A stretch of 64,000 nucleotides of DNA from Lachnospiraceae bacterium (GTDB lineage: Bacteria; Bacillota; Clostridia; Lachnospirales; Lachnospiraceae), in contig JAFWOE010000004.1 in assembly GCA_017509985.1 (NCBI GenBank), positions 63,100 through 127,099 of the forward strand, read 5' to 3'. The first letter of the stretch is position 1, and the number at the start of each line of letters is the position of its first letter. Positions 9,131 to 22,251 of this stretch are shown one piece after another. The notes under the pieces are model-generated. The model was not told where the DNA came from and did no database searches. It saw only the letters and a program-made list of their open reading frames with translations. A program made the translations under genes and the position numbers.

Positions 9131-9885
9131 TCGGTGACAGACACGTGCATACAGAGCTTTCCCTGGACTGCCCGGCAAAGATCGCGGACGTGCTGGACTG
9201 TGCGGTCTCCGGAGGCATGAAGGAGATCTTCATTACGGATCACTGCGATATGGATCTGGGGCCGGACTGGCTGCAGCCGGTCGAACGGTATACGGAAACG
9301 CTGGAAGAGTATAAACGCAGATATGCCGGGAAGATCGACGTCCATATCGGGATCGAGATCGGCCTGAACCCGGAGTACAACGGGCAGATCAACAGCTATC
9401 TGGCGTCCTGGCCTTTTGAGCTGGTCGTCGGTTCAGTCCACACCATGCTGGGAAAGGACCCTTACTACCGGGAAGAATATGATCTGGAAGATCATGAATT
9501 CTACGCTTCATATTTCAAAACCGTGCTCGAGCGGCTTCGTTCGGACAACAGTATAGATGTTCTCGGGCATCTGGATTATGTGGTCCGGTATGGCCGTGAA
9601 AAGGGAGCTTCGTATTTTCCGGAAAAGTTTTCCGGAGAGATCGAAGAGATCCTGAAGATCCTTATCCGCCGGGATATCGCACTGGAACTGAATACCGGCG
9701 GCCTGCGAAAAGGGATCGATTTCGTGCATCCGCACGAGTTTATCCTGGGCATGTATAAAGATATGGGCGGAAAGCGGTTAAGCCTCGGGTCCGATGCGCA
9801 TTTTGCGGAGCATGTCGGCGCCGGCTTTGACGAGGCCCTGAAGCTGATGGGCCGGTTCGGATATACGGAAAAGAATATCCTCTGA
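9127..9885 (+). CDS. PHP-domain histidinol-phosphatase family protein
   Basis: 252 aa. HVHTELS…/…ITDHCD PHP metal-binding motifs. 4-nt overlap with mnmA. Confidence 0.75.
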   Translation: MIGDRHVHTELSLDCPAKIADVLDCAVSGGMKEIFITDHCDMDLGPDWLQPVERYTETLEEYKRRYAGKIDVHIGIEIGLNPEYNGQINSYLASWPFELVVGSVHTMLGKDPYYREEYDLEDHEFYASYFKTVLERLRSDNSIDVLGHLDYVVRYGREKGASYFPEKFSGEIEEILKILIRRDIALELNTGGLRKGIDFVHPHEFILGMYKDMGGKRLSLGSDAHFAEHVGAGFDEALKLMGRFGYTEKNIL

Positions 9886-10079
9886 TTCCGGATGAGGTTT
9901 TGTATAAGTAAAAAAGAATCGGAAAGCTGCACGGCCTGCACATTATATGCAGGGGATGCAGCTTTCAGTCTGTCCGGTTTCAGCCGATTTCATCCCAGGG
10001 CTATTGAAAAGCCGCGGTTTTTTAACTATAATCATGTGGAAATTATTTTTGACCAAACTTTCAGGAGGAAGTGAGTACT

Positions 10080-11285
10080 ATGTTAAACAAGAAAACCATC
10101 GACGACATCAGCGTAGCAGGAAAAAAAGTCCTGGTACGGTGTGACTTTAATGTTCCGCTTAAAAACGGTGAGATCACCGAAGACCTTCGGATCACGGCAG
10201 CCCTTCCGACGATTCAGAAACTGATCGCGGACGGGGGAAGAGTCATTCTCTGCTCCCACCTCGGGAAACCCAAAGGATAAGATCCGGAAAAGACCCTCGC
10301 TCCGGTAGCAAAAAGGCTTTCCGAACTGCTCGGCAAGGAAGTAATTTTTGCAGCAGACGAGGAAGTGGTCGGACCGAAGGCAAAAGAAGCCGTCGCAAAC
10401 ATGAAGGACGGAGATGTGGTCCTTCTTGAAAATACACGTTTCCGCAAGGAAGAGACCAAAAATGAAGACGCTTTTTCCGAAGAACTCGGAAGCCTCTGCG
10501 AAGTATATGTAAACGACGCGTTCGGCAGCGCCCACAGAGCGCACTGCTCAACAGAAGGCGTTACAAAATATGTTGATACAACAGCAGTCGGCTACCTTAT
10601 GCAGAAAGAGATCGAGTATCTCGGGAATGCGGTCAATGCTCCGAAACGTCCGCTCGTTGCGATCCTCGGCGGAGCCAAGATCGCAGATAAGCTGAGCGTT
10701 ATCGAGAACCTGCTTGAGAAATGCGACACGCTGATCATCGGCGGCGGCATGGCCTATACTTTCCTTAAGGCGCAGGGCAAAGAGATCGGCACCTCCCTTC
10801 TGGATGAGGAGAAGATCGATTACTGCGCACAGATGCTGAAAAAGGCAGAGGAAAAGGGTGTGGAATTCCTTCTTCCTGTTGATGTTGTTATTACGGAAAG
10901 CTTCCCGGATCCGATCGACGCTCCGGTGGAGACCGCAGTCGTTGACGCGGATGCGATGCCTGCCGGCAAGATGGGCGTGGATATCGGACCGAAGACGGTT
11001 GAACTGTTTAAAGAAGCCATGAAGAAAGCTGCGACCGTGATCTGGAACGGACCGATGGGCGTCTTTGAGAACCCGGCTCTTGCAAAAGGAACGCTGGCGA
11101 TCGCCGAGACCATGGCAGAGATCGACGCAGTCACCGTTGTCGGCGGCGGCGATTCCACAGCAGCAGTCAAGCAGATGGGCTTCGGCGATAAGATGACGCA
11201 TGTATCTACCGGCGGCGGCGCTTCTCTGGAATTCCTGGAGGGCAAAGAGCTTCCGGGTATTGCGGCGATACAGGATGCGCAGTAA
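10080..11285 (+). pseudogene. pgk: Phosphoglycerate kinase, reading frame interrupted by in-frame TAA at 10278-10280 (possible sequencing error or nonsense mutation)
   Basis: MLNKKTIDD…SHLGKPKG* then, in the same frame, [21 protein letters not shown]… continues to a full PGK C-terminus. Both fragments align to PGK with no frameshift. The TAA sits where a conserved Glu codon (GAA) is expected. Confidence 0.7.
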
Positions 11286-11370
11286 ATTGCGCAGAAAACA
11301 GTTTTACGGATAATTTATCGGCTGCCGCATCCGAACCAGAATGCGGCAGCAGTGCAGATGGAGGTTTTTT

Positions 11371-12120
11371 ATGTCCAGAAAAAAGATAATCGCAGGAAAC
11401 TGGAAAATGAACAAAACGCCGGCAGAAGCCGTTGCTCTGGCTGAAATGCTGAAGCCCCTGGTCAACAATCCGGAGGTGGATGTGGTTTTCGGCGTACCTG
11501 CAATCGATATCATCCCGGTTCTGAACGCGGTGGAGGGAACGGACATTGCCGTTGCGGCACAGAACATGTATTATGAAGAAAAAGGCGCGTATACAGGAGA
11601 GATCTCGCCGCTGATGCTGGCCGATGCCGGTGTGAAGTATGTCATCCTCGGTCACTCCGAGCGCCGTGAGTATTTTAAAGAGACGAACGAAGATATCAAC
11701 AAAAAAGTCCTTTGCGCTATTGCTCACGGGATCACGCCGATCATGTGCTGCGGCGAATCGCTAGAGCAGCGCGAGCAGGGAATCACAATGGATTTCATCC
11801 GCCAGCAGGTCAAGGTCGGGCTTCAGGGCGTGACAGCCGATCAGGCAAAGGAAATAGTCATCGCGTATGAGCCGATCTGGGCGATCGGCACGGGCAAGAC
11901 CGCGACTTCCGAACAGGCGGAAGAAGTCTGCGCCGGGATCCGTGCATGCATCGCGGAGATCTATGATGAGGCGGCCGCGGAAGCGATCCGTATCCAGTAC
12001 GGCGGTTCCGTTAACGGTGCAAACGCAGCCGAGCTTTTCGCCATGCCGGACATTGACGGCGGCCTGGTAGGCGGAGCCTCACTTAAGGAAGATTTCGGAA
12101 AGATCGTCTTTTCCGCGTAA
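11371..12120 (+). CDS. tpiA: Triosephosphate isomerase
   Basis: [16 protein letters not shown]… canonical TIM. GGAGG RBS at 11361. Confidence 0.95.
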   Translation: MSRKKIIAGNWKMNKTPAEAVALAEMLKPLVNNPEVDVVFGVPAIDIIPVLNAVEGTDIAVAAQNMYYEEKGAYTGEISPLMLADAGVKYVILGHSERREYFKETNEDINKKVLCAIAHGITPIMCCGESLEQREQGITMDFIRQQVKVGLQGVTADQAKEIVIAYEPIWAIGTGKTATSEQAEEVCAGIRACIAEIYDEAAAEAIRIQYGGSVNGANAAELFAMPDIDGGLVGGASLKEDFGKIVFSA

Positions 12121-12255
12121 ACGTTTCCGACGGACCAAAAACAGAAAGCATCACGGCCTTCGGAAGACACATACCGTTAAGAAGACGTGTTCCGATCATG
12201 ATCTTTCGGCGTACCGGTTCGGATAAACACTACAATTATTTTAAGGAGAAAAAAC

Positions 12256-13155
12256 ATGGCATCATATTTAGTTTACGGCGATTCGGCAGCGGACATGCCC
12301 GCCCATATTTTTCAGGAACATGACATCCGAATGATCCCCATGGAGTACATGCTCAACGGAGAGCCGCATCTGTTTAATACAGGCGATCCGGAACATGACA
12401 GGATCTGTCAGGACCTTTATGAGGAAGAAAAAAAGGGTGCCGACGTAAGCACAACGCAGATCACGCCTTATAACTATGTAGAGATCTGGACCCCCGAGCT
12501 GGAACAGGGAAACGATATCCTTTATCTCTGTTTCTCATCCGGAATGTCTGCCACGTATGACAATGCCCTGATTGCGGCGGAGCAGCTGAAGGAAGACTTT
12601 CCCGAAAGAAAGATCGAGGTCGTGGATTCTCTTTCCGGGACCGCCGGACAGGGCCTTATGACCTATGTTGCTGCTCTGAACCGTGACGAGAAGAATATGA
12701 CGCTTGAGGAAAATGCCGAATTCATGCGGAATGCGGCAAAATACATCTGCCACAGGTTTATCGTCGGAGATCTTAATCATCTGCATAAAGGCGGCCGTGT
12801 TTCAAAAACAGCGGCAGTCGTAGGCACGATGCTCAACGTCAGGCCCGGCCTGATCATTGATGACGAAGGCAAACTTCAGGTCGTAAGCAAGACCCGCGGA
12901 ACAAAAGCTGCGATCAACAAGATCGTGGAAGCCAGCGTAAGGCAGTGGGGAGTAGAAGAAGATCTGCCAAAAGTTATTTTCTGCAACTACTGCGCAAACG
13001 TGGATGAACTGCCGTATTTCAAAGAGCAGATGGAAAAGGCTTTCGGACCGGATGTGCGCATTGAATATGTCCCGCTCGGACCGATCCTGGCCGTACATGT
13101 AGGGCCGTCGATCCTTTCGGTCTGTACCTGGGGAAAGGAAAAGAAAGACTCATAA
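12256..13155 (+). CDS. DegV-family fatty-acid-binding protein
   Basis: 299 aa. DegV/DUF194 fold, typical N-terminal YGDSAADMP pattern. Confidence 0.8.
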   Translation: MASYLVYGDSAADMPAHIFQEHDIRMIPMEYMLNGEPHLFNTGDPEHDRICQDLYEEEKKGADVSTTQITPYNYVEIWTPELEQGNDILYLCFSSGMSATYDNALIAAEQLKEDFPERKIEVVDSLSGTAGQGLMTYVAALNRDEKNMTLEENAEFMRNAAKYICHRFIVGDLNHLHKGGRVSKTAAVVGTMLNVRPGLIIDDEGKLQVVSKTRGTKAAINKIVEASVRQWGVEEDLPKVIFCNYCANVDELPYFKEQMEKAFGPDVRIEYVPLGPILAVHVGPSILSVCTWGKEKKDS

Positions 13156-13250
13156 CGCGCGCTGTGTTAAACAGGAAGAACTGAAGATCGATCCGGCGGC
13201 AGCCGCATACCGTAGAGCTGTACCGTCGGAAAAAGATGCTTAAATCAAGG

Positions 13251-13280
13251 TGCCGCCGGTATTCAGCCGGCGGCATTTTC
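13251..13280 (+). terminator. Rho-independent terminator after degV
   Basis: gccgccgg-tattca-ccggcggc hairpin followed by ATTTT. Confidence 0.6.
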
Positions 13281-13385
13281 CTGTGAAGAATGACCGATAT
13301 AAGGGTTTGTTTTCACAGGCTGCCTAATCTGTGCGATAAACAGCGGTTTCAATTTTTGTTTAAATCACAGCAAATAATTGTTGCA

Positions 13386-13414
13386 TTGACAAAAATCGGA
13401 ATGATATTATATGA
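13386..13414 (+). promoter_or_regulatory. Putative promoter of the V-type ATPase operon
   Basis: TTGACA at 13386-13391 followed 15-17 nt later by AT-rich -10 (TTATAT/TATATG). It lies 45 nt upstream of the first ntp gene. Confidence 0.4.
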
Positions 13415-13456
13415 AAAGCAGAAATTTTTCAAACACACTTCAAAGGGGGTGTTCTG

Positions 13457-13771
13457 GTGGCACTGGAAGTAATTTCGGCAGTGGAAGAAGCCGAGGATTC
13501 TGCCGTTAAAATCCGAAACGATGCGAAAACCGAAGCGGCTAATCTCATCGCTCAGGCAGATTTAAAAGGCAAAGACACGGTCGATGCGGCAAAAAAAAGA
13601 GCAGCGGATCAGGTTGCGCAGATCTTTGCGGATCTCGACAAAAAAGCAGACGACAATATCGCCGGCATCGAATCCGAGGCCGGAAAGACGCAGGAAGATC
13701 TTGCCTCAATGGCTGCAGGCCATATGGACACCGCTGTTGAACTCATAAAAGAAAGGATCATAAAAGGATAA
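13457..13771 (+). CDS. ntpF: V-type ATP synthase subunit G/H (peripheral stalk; E. hirae NtpF-like)
   Basis: 104 aa, all alpha-helical, A/E/K-rich. First gene of the ntp operon. GTG start. Confidence 0.7.
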   Translation: MALEVISAVEEAEDSAVKIRNDAKTEAANLIAQADLKGKDTVDAAKKRAADQVAQIFADLDKKADDNIAGIESEAGKTQEDLASMAAGHMDTAVELIKERIIKG

Positions 13772-16272
<2,501 letters not shown>

Positions 16273-16308
16273 CTTAAAAGACCGTTATTTACAGAGAGGT
16301 ATCGGTTT

Positions 16309-16908
16309 ATGAAAGGAATAGAAAAGATCACCGGCCGGATCCTTGATGAGGCAAAGGCAGACGCAGACGCGGTCATAGCCGAAGCCGAAGCAAAAGCGGC
16401 GGAGATCCTTGCTGAATACGAAGAACAGGCAAAACGCATCTACGACGAGAAGATCGAAGCCGGAAAAGTCGATGCTGCTGCAGCAGCCGACCGGAAAAGC
16501 AGAGCGGCGATCCTTCAGTCCAGAAAAGATATCCTTGCCACCAAGCAGAGGCTGATCGATCAGGCCTATTCGAATGCCAGAAGGGCGATCCTTGGAATGC
16601 CGGAGGAAGAGTATATTGCTTTTCTTGCCGACAAGGCGGCTGCGGCATCCGTGTCCGGGAAAGAAGCGGTTTCGCTTAATGCGGCAGACAGGGAAAGAGT
16701 GGGCAGCAGAGTCGTTTCCGAGGTCAACAGAAAGCTTGCCGAACGCGGAAAGACTGCGGAGATCAGCCTTTCCGAGGAAACAGCGGATATTCCGGGCGGT
16801 CTGTTCCTGAAAGAAAAAGATATTTCAGTCAACTGCTCTGTTGACACGCTGATCAGTATCTGCCGCGAGGAAATGGATTCCAAAGTGGCAAAGATACTGT
16901 TCGGATAA
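16309..16908 (+). CDS. ntpE: V-type ATP synthase subunit E
   Basis: 199 aa. Long N-terminal A/E/K-rich helix then globular C-domain. Operon position. Confidence 0.85.
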   Translation: MKGIEKITGRILDEAKADADAVIAEAEAKAAEILAEYEEQAKRIYDEKIEAGKVDAAAAADRKSRAAILQSRKDILATKQRLIDQAYSNARRAILGMPEEEYIAFLADKAAAASVSGKEAVSLNAADRERVGSRVVSEVNRKLAERGKTAEISLSEETADIPGGLFLKEKDISVNCSVDTLISICREEMDSKVAKILFG

Positions 16909-16922
16909 GCTGGAGGCAGGAT

Positions 16923-17996
16923 ATGGTTGTAAACAAGATAGCATATGATCCGGTCAAATATGTTTCGTTCAGGGATTATATGTTTCTGGCGTCAAAGATC
17001 AACAACAAGCTTCACAACATGATCAAATACGAACGGTTCGAGCAGGCGGCGATGACCGGGGATCCCGACATGGCTGCCAGGCTGATCGCCGAAGCCGGAT
17101 GGCCCAACATGACCGGCCTGAGCACGGATGAGATCGACAAGGTGCTGATCGAAAGACGGAACAGTATCTTTAAGGAGATCGAACAGGTCTGTCCCGAAGA
17201 CCAGGTCGTTCAGATGATGCGGCTGAAATACGATTACCACAATATCAAGGCGATCGTAAAAAGCGACGGCGCCCATGAGAACGCGGATACCATGCTTTCT
17301 TCAACAGGAAGGTATACACGCTCCGATCTGCGCGAAGATTATCTGAACAACGATTACAGGGACCTTACGCCCATCATGGCCGAGACCATGAGGGAAGCCC
17401 GGGACATGATGGCAAAACTTCAGAACCCCAGGGCCGTGGATCTCTATATCGACCGGATGTATTTTAAGGAAATGTTCGAGCTTGCTGAGCAGCTGGAACC
17501 GAAGGTTGAGCCGATCACGCCTATGATGGCCGAAGAGCCAGGCGAACCGTATGCGATAACCTTCTTACGGCATTTTATAGACAGTGTAAACTTAAGAACC
17601 TGCGTCAGGGTCGTACGCATGGGAAAGAGCCAGGAGTTCCTTAAGGCCATGCTGATGGAAAACGGCCATTACTCGCCGGCCCAGCTGGCGGCGGCCGCAT
17701 TTTCGGGCGACGGGCTTGCTTCCATGTACAAGGATATGCCGTTTTACCAGGCAGCGGTCCTCGGCCAGGACGCATTAAAAGGCGGCCCGATCACCGCGTT
17801 TGAAAAAGAATGCGCAGAGGCCTGGATGAGATATCTGGCCAATATCCGGATGATGTATTTCGATGCCAGGGCAGTGTTCTGGTACTTAAGCATCATCGAA
17901 GTGAACATTCTGAATGTGAGAATGGTGCTGACCGGGCTCAAGGGCGGCGTCGCTCCCGAAAAAATCAAAGAAAGGCTGCGTCAGACGTATGTATAA
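16923..17996 (+). CDS. ntpC: V-type ATP synthase subunit C (V0 d-subunit)
   Basis: 357 aa. Operon position between E and F. Helical-repeat composition. Confidence 0.8.
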   Translation: MVVNKIAYDPVKYVSFRDYMFLASKINNKLHNMIKYERFEQAAMTGDPDMAARLIAEAGWPNMTGLSTDEIDKVLIERRNSIFKEIEQVCPEDQVVQMMRLKYDYHNIKAIVKSDGAHENADTMLSSTGRYTRSDLREDYLNNDYRDLTPIMAETMREARDMMAKLQNPRAVDLYIDRMYFKEMFELAEQLEPKVEPITPMMAEEPGEPYAITFLRHFIDSVNLRTCVRVVRMGKSQEFLKAMLMENGHYSPAQLAAAAFSGDGLASMYKDMPFYQAAVLGQDALKGGPITAFEKECAEAWMRYLANIRMMYFDARAVFWYLSIIEVNILNVRMVLTGLKGGVAPEKIKERLRQTYV

Positions 17997-18303
17997 AATA
18001 GCGGTTATTGGCGGCAGGGACACAATAATGTGTTTTAAAGCTCTCGGGCTGGACGTTTTTGCGGCCGACAAGCCGGAGGAAGCCAAAAAGATCCTCCGCG
18101 AGATCACGGGAGCGGAAAACAGCTATGCCATCATTTATATTTCGGAGAATCTGGCAGTCGGTCTCAAAAAAGAGATCGAAAAATATAAAGACAGTCCGAT
18201 GCCTGCGATCATCCTCATACCCGGCCGGGAAGGCTCGCTGGGTATCGGGAAGGAAGCACTGCAGTCCGCAGTAGAACGTGCGGTCGGCATCGATATTCTG
18301 TAG
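17989..18303 (+). CDS. ntpG: V-type ATP synthase subunit F
   Basis: 104 aa, [20 protein letters not shown]… typical subunit F. Confidence 0.85.
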   Translation: MYKIAVIGGRDTIMCFKALGLDVFAADKPEEAKKILREITGAENSYAIIYISENLAVGLKKEIEKYKDSPMPAIILIPGREGSLGIGKEALQSAVERAVGIDIL

Positions 18304-18319
18304 AAAGAAGGTAGATACT

Positions 18320-20089
18320 TTGGGAAAAGTCACTAAGGTCTCAGGACCGCTTGTCATTGCGAACGGACTGTCGGAAGCAAACGTTTCGGACGTTGTCCGT
18401 GTCGGCGAACAGCATCTTATCGGAGAGATCCTGAACATGACCGGAGATTCCGCGTCGATTCAGGTCTATGAAGAAACATCCGGACTCGGCCCGGGAGCCG
18501 AAGTAGTCACGACCGGAATGCCTCTGTCCGTTGAACTCGGCCCCGGCATGCTGGAGAATATCTACGACGGTATCCAGAGACCTCTTCCGGAGATCAAGGC
18601 GGCAACAGGAGATACGATCGCGAGAGGTGTCAGCATCCCCGCACTGAACAGGGATAAGGTCTGGGAATTCAAAGCCGTTGCGAAAGAGGGCGACCAGATC
18701 AAGGCAGGGGATATCCTGGGAACCGTACAGGAAACGACGGCACTTCTTCACAAGATCATGCTTCCGCCGCAGGTCGATCACGGAACCGTAAAGTGGGTAA
18801 AGGAAGGCAGCTTCAAAGTAGAAGACAAGATCGCCTGCATTATTAAAGATGACGGCAGCGAAGTGGAGCTGGACATGATCCAGCGTTGGCCGGTCCGTAT
18901 CGGAAGGCCTTATGCCAATAAATTTACGCCGGACCGTCCCCTGAACTCCGGCCAGCGTATCATCGATACCATGTTCCCGGTAGCCAAGGGCGGAACCGCC
19001 GCCGTTCCCGGACCGTTCGGAAGCGGCAAGACCGTCGTTCAGCATCAGCTGGCAAAATGGTCGGATGTAGACGTTGTTGTCTATATCGGATGCGGAGAAC
19101 GCGGAAACGAGATGACAGACGTTCTGAACGAGTTCCCGGAGCTGAACGACCCGCGTACCGGCGAATCCCTGATGAAGAGGACCGTGCTGATCGCGAATAC
19201 TTCGGACATGCCGGTTGCAGCCCGTGAGGCATCGATCTATACCGGTATCACCATCGCGGAATACTTCCGTGACATGGGTTATGACGTAGCCGTTCTGGCA
19301 GACTCTACTTCAAGATGGGCCGAAGCCCTTCGTGAAATGTCCGGCCGTCTGGAAGAAATGCCCGGTGAAGAAGGATATCCTGCTTACCTTGCCAGCCGTA
19401 TCGCCCAGTTCTATGAAAGAGCCGGCAGCGTTAAGTGCTACGGCAGCGACAACAGAAGAGGATCGATCACGGCGATCGGAGCCGTTTCACCTCCTGGCGG
19501 AGATATTTCCGAACCGGTCTCCCAGGCAACGATGCGTATCGTTAAGGTGTTCTGGGCGCTGGACAGCTCGCTGGCTTATGCGAGACATTTCCCGGCGATC
19601 AACTGGCTGACGTCCTATACACTTTATACAGACAACCTCGGACCCTATTACGAGTCCGAATTCGGACCGGAATATATGGCCAACCGAAACAGGGCGCTGC
19701 GTATCCTTCAGGAAGAAGCAGAACTTCAGGAGATCGTACGCCTGGTCGGCCAGGACGCTCTTTCTCCGAAAGACCGGCTTACCCTGGAGATCGCCCGTAT
19801 GATCCGTGAGGACTTCCTGCAGCAGAACGCTTTCGTAGATGAAGACGCCTATTCTCCGTACGGGAAGCAGTTCCGCCTTCTGGACCTGATCCTCCGGTAC
19901 GAAGACGAATGCCGTGCAGCCCTTCTTAAGGGAGCGGACCTTCAGGGCCTGTTCAATATCAGCGCGAGAGAAGATATCGGCCGTGCGAAAATGGCGGATC
20001 CGGAAAAATACAATGAGGTCTATGACGTCATCATAGAGAAGATCAAAGCCGAGATCAGCGAAGTTCAGGCAGGAGGTGAAGAAGAATGA
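18320..20089 (+). CDS. ntpA: V-type ATP synthase catalytic subunit A
   Basis: Walker [13 protein letters not shown] start at 18320 with AAGAAGGTAG RBS (the ORF-track start 18278 overlaps ntpG). Confidence 0.9.
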   Translation: MGKVTKVSGPLVIANGLSEANVSDVVRVGEQHLIGEILNMTGDSASIQVYEETSGLGPGAEVVTTGMPLSVELGPGMLENIYDGIQRPLPEIKAATGDTIARGVSIPALNRDKVWEFKAVAKEGDQIKAGDILGTVQETTALLHKIMLPPQVDHGTVKWVKEGSFKVEDKIACIIKDDGSEVELDMIQRWPVRIGRPYANKFTPDRPLNSGQRIIDTMFPVAKGGTAAVPGPFGSGKTVVQHQLAKWSDVDVVVYIGCGERGNEMTDVLNEFPELNDPRTGESLMKRTVLIANTSDMPVAAREASIYTGITIAEYFRDMGYDVAVLADSTSRWAEALREMSGRLEEMPGEEGYPAYLASRIAQFYERAGSVKCYGSDNRRGSITAIGAVSPPGGDISEPVSQATMRIVKVFWALDSSLAYARHFPAINWLTSYTLYTDNLGPYYESEFGPEYMANRNRALRILQEEAELQEIVRLVGQDALSPKDRLTLEIARMIREDFLQQNAFVDEDAYSPYGKQFRLLDLILRYEDECRAALLKGADLQGLFNISAREDIGRAKMADPEKYNEVYDVIIEKIKAEISEVQAGGEEE

Positions 20090-21477
20090 TCAGAGAATAC
20101 AAGACGATTAAAGAGATCGCCAGCCCCCTGATGATCGTCGATAATGTAGAAGGCGTAACCTATGACGAACTCGGCGAGATCGAGCTGCCGGACGGAAGCG
20201 TAAGACGCTGCAAGGTTCTTGAGATCGAAGGAAGCCGCGCCGTTGTACAGCTTTTCGAGGCCGCTCAGGGAATCAACCTTGCGGAAAGCAAGGTGCGTTT
20301 CCTCGGACATCCGCTGGAGCTCGGCGTCAGCGAGGATATGCTCGGCCGTGTATTCAACGGAATGGGCGAACCGATCGACGGAGGCCCGGATATCATTGCC
20401 GAGGATCACAGGGATATCAACGGCCTGCCGATGAACCCGTCCGCGCGTGCTTACCCTGCGGAATTTATCCAGACCGGCGTTTCGGCAATTGACGGCCTGA
20501 ACACCCTTGTACGAGGACAGAAGCTTCCGATCTTTTCGGGATCCGGTCTTCCCCATGCGAACCTGGCGGCGCAGATCGCGCGGCAGGCAAGGGTATTGGG
20601 CGACGGAGAGAACTTCGCCGTAGTATTCGCCGCGATCGGTATTACATTTGAGGAGTCCGAATTCTTTATCAGGGATTTCCGGCGTACCGGCGCGATCGAC
20701 CGTACCGTCGTTTTCACAAACCTGGCAAACGATCCTGCCGTAGAGCGTATCGCGACACCGCGTATGGCGCTGACGGCTGCAGAATATCTCGCATTTGATA
20801 AGGGAATGCACGTTCTGGTCATCCTGACGGATATCACGAACTATGCAGAGGCGCTGCGTGAGGTTTCCGCCGCCAAGAAAGAAGTTCCCGGACGACGCGG
20901 ATATCCCGGATATCTTTATACCGACCTTGCAACGATGTATGAACGTGCCGGAAGAAGGCTCGGGAACCCCGGTTCCATTACCATGATCCCGATCCTGACC
21001 ATGCCGGAAGATGATAAGACTCATCCGATCCCCGACCTTACCGGATATATCACGGAAGGACAGATCATCCTTTCCCGTGATCTTCATCGTAAAGGCGTCG
21101 TTCCGCCGATCGATGTTCTTCCGTCGCTTTCGCGTCTGAAAGATAAGGGTATCGGCGAAGGCAAGACCCGTGAAGATCACTCGGGCACGATGAACCAGCT
21201 GTTCGCGGCTTATGCCAGAGGCAAAGAGGCCAAAGAACTGATGACGATCCTGGGTGAGGCGGCTCTTTCCGATGATGACAAGCTTTATGCAAAATTCGCG
21301 GAAGAGTTTGAAGAACGGTACGTATCCCAGGGCAACGAGACGAACCGCGGGATCGAAGAGACGCTGGATATCGGCTGGAAGCTTCTGAAGATCCTTCCGG
21401 AGAGGGAACTCAAACGAATCAAGCCGGAGTATATCGAGAAATATCTGCCCAGAGACGAGGAAGAACAGAAGGGATAA
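20086..21477 (+). CDS. ntpB: V-type ATP synthase subunit B
   Basis: 463 aa non-catalytic B subunit. 4-nt overlap with ntpA. Confidence 0.95.
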   Translation: MIREYKTIKEIASPLMIVDNVEGVTYDELGEIELPDGSVRRCKVLEIEGSRAVVQLFEAAQGINLAESKVRFLGHPLELGVSEDMLGRVFNGMGEPIDGGPDIIAEDHRDINGLPMNPSARAYPAEFIQTGVSAIDGLNTLVRGQKLPIFSGSGLPHANLAAQIARQARVLGDGENFAVVFAAIGITFEESEFFIRDFRRTGAIDRTVVFTNLANDPAVERIATPRMALTAAEYLAFDKGMHVLVILTDITNYAEALREVSAAKKEVPGRRGYPGYLYTDLATMYERAGRRLGNPGSITMIPILTMPEDDKTHPIPDLTGYITEGQIILSRDLHRKGVVPPIDVLPSLSRLKDKGIGEGKTREDHSGTMNQLFAAYARGKEAKELMTILGEAALSDDDKLYAKFAEEFEERYVSQGNETNRGIEETLDIGWKLLKILPERELKRIKPEYIEKYLPRDEEEQKG

Positions 21478-21480
21478 TCT

Positions 21481-22146
21481 ATGGCAACAATAACCCCGAC
21501 CAGAATGGTCCTGAATCAAATGAAGGGGCGATTGAAGACTGCCGTCCGAGGCCATAAGCTTCTGAAAGACAAACGTGACGAGCTCATGCGTCAGTTCATG
21601 GAGGTCGTCCAGGAGAACAAGCGGCTGAGATACAAAGTCGAAGACGGCCTTTCCGAGGCGTTCGCGGCCCAGGCCGTCGCGTCGGCTGTTATGTCTCCGG
21701 ATATGCTGGAGCAGGCTCTGGTCTATTCAAAGCAGCGGATCGAGCTGGATGTTAAATACAAAAATGTAATGTCTGTTAACGTGCCGCAGTATTCCTTTAC
21801 GACCAACGAAGAGGAAGGCGCGAACATTCATCCCTACAGTTTTGCGCAGACTTCCGGTGAACTCGATGACGCCATGACGGCGCTGCAGGATGTATTCAGC
21901 GACATGCTCGAGCTGGCGCAGATCGAAAAAACGATGCAGCTGCTCGCCCAGGAGATCGAAAAGACCCGCCGCCGCGTAAACGCCCTTGAATATGTTATGA
22001 TCCCTGAACTGCAGGGAAACATCAAGTATATTTCCATGAAGCTGGAGGAAAATGAAAACTCAACAAAAGTACGTCTGATGAAGGTCAAAGAGATGGTTCT
22101 TGAAGACGCTCATCATTATAAGGAAAAAGCGGCAGCGAACGGATAA
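21481..22146 (+). CDS. ntpD: V-type ATP synthase subunit D (central stalk)
   Basis: 221 aa. MATITPTRMVLNQMKGRLKTAVRGHKLLKDKRDEL… canonical subunit D. Confidence 0.9.
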   Translation: MATITPTRMVLNQMKGRLKTAVRGHKLLKDKRDELMRQFMEVVQENKRLRYKVEDGLSEAFAAQAVASAVMSPDMLEQALVYSKQRIELDVKYKNVMSVNVPQYSFTTNEEEGANIHPYSFAQTSGELDDAMTALQDVFSDMLELAQIEKTMQLLAQEIEKTRRRVNALEYVMIPELQGNIKYISMKLEENENSTKVRLMKVKEMVLEDAHHYKEKAAANG

Positions 22147-22161
22147 AAGCTGCCTGCGGAC

Positions 22162-22207
22162 AAAAAGATTTCGGGCCGGTGCAGATACACCGGCCCGAAG
22201 TCTTTTT
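22162..22207. terminator. Bidirectional rho-independent terminator between ntpD and the convergent SH3 gene
   Basis: A-run + tcgggccggtg-cagata-caccggcccga + T-run. Confidence 0.75.
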
Positions 22208-22251
22208 GGTGATGAAATCGGATCTCTGTCCGGCAGCAGGGCTGCTCCCGG

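Noticed and set aside
10071-10079. GTG start for pgk at 10071 (ORF-track MSTMLNKK)
   Set aside because: The ATG at 10080 is preceded by AGGAGGA at optimal spacing and yields the canonical PGK N-terminus (MLNKKTIDD). The GTG would overlap the RBS.
18278-18319. Upstream extension of V-ATPase subunit A (start at 18278)
   Set aside because: It overlaps the subunit F coding end. A TTG at 18320 with AAGAAGGTAG RBS gives the conserved [13 protein letters not shown]-terminus.
20065-21555. 496-aa minus-strand ORF
   Set aside because: Entirely antisense to V-ATPase subunit B. No RBS or recognisable domain.
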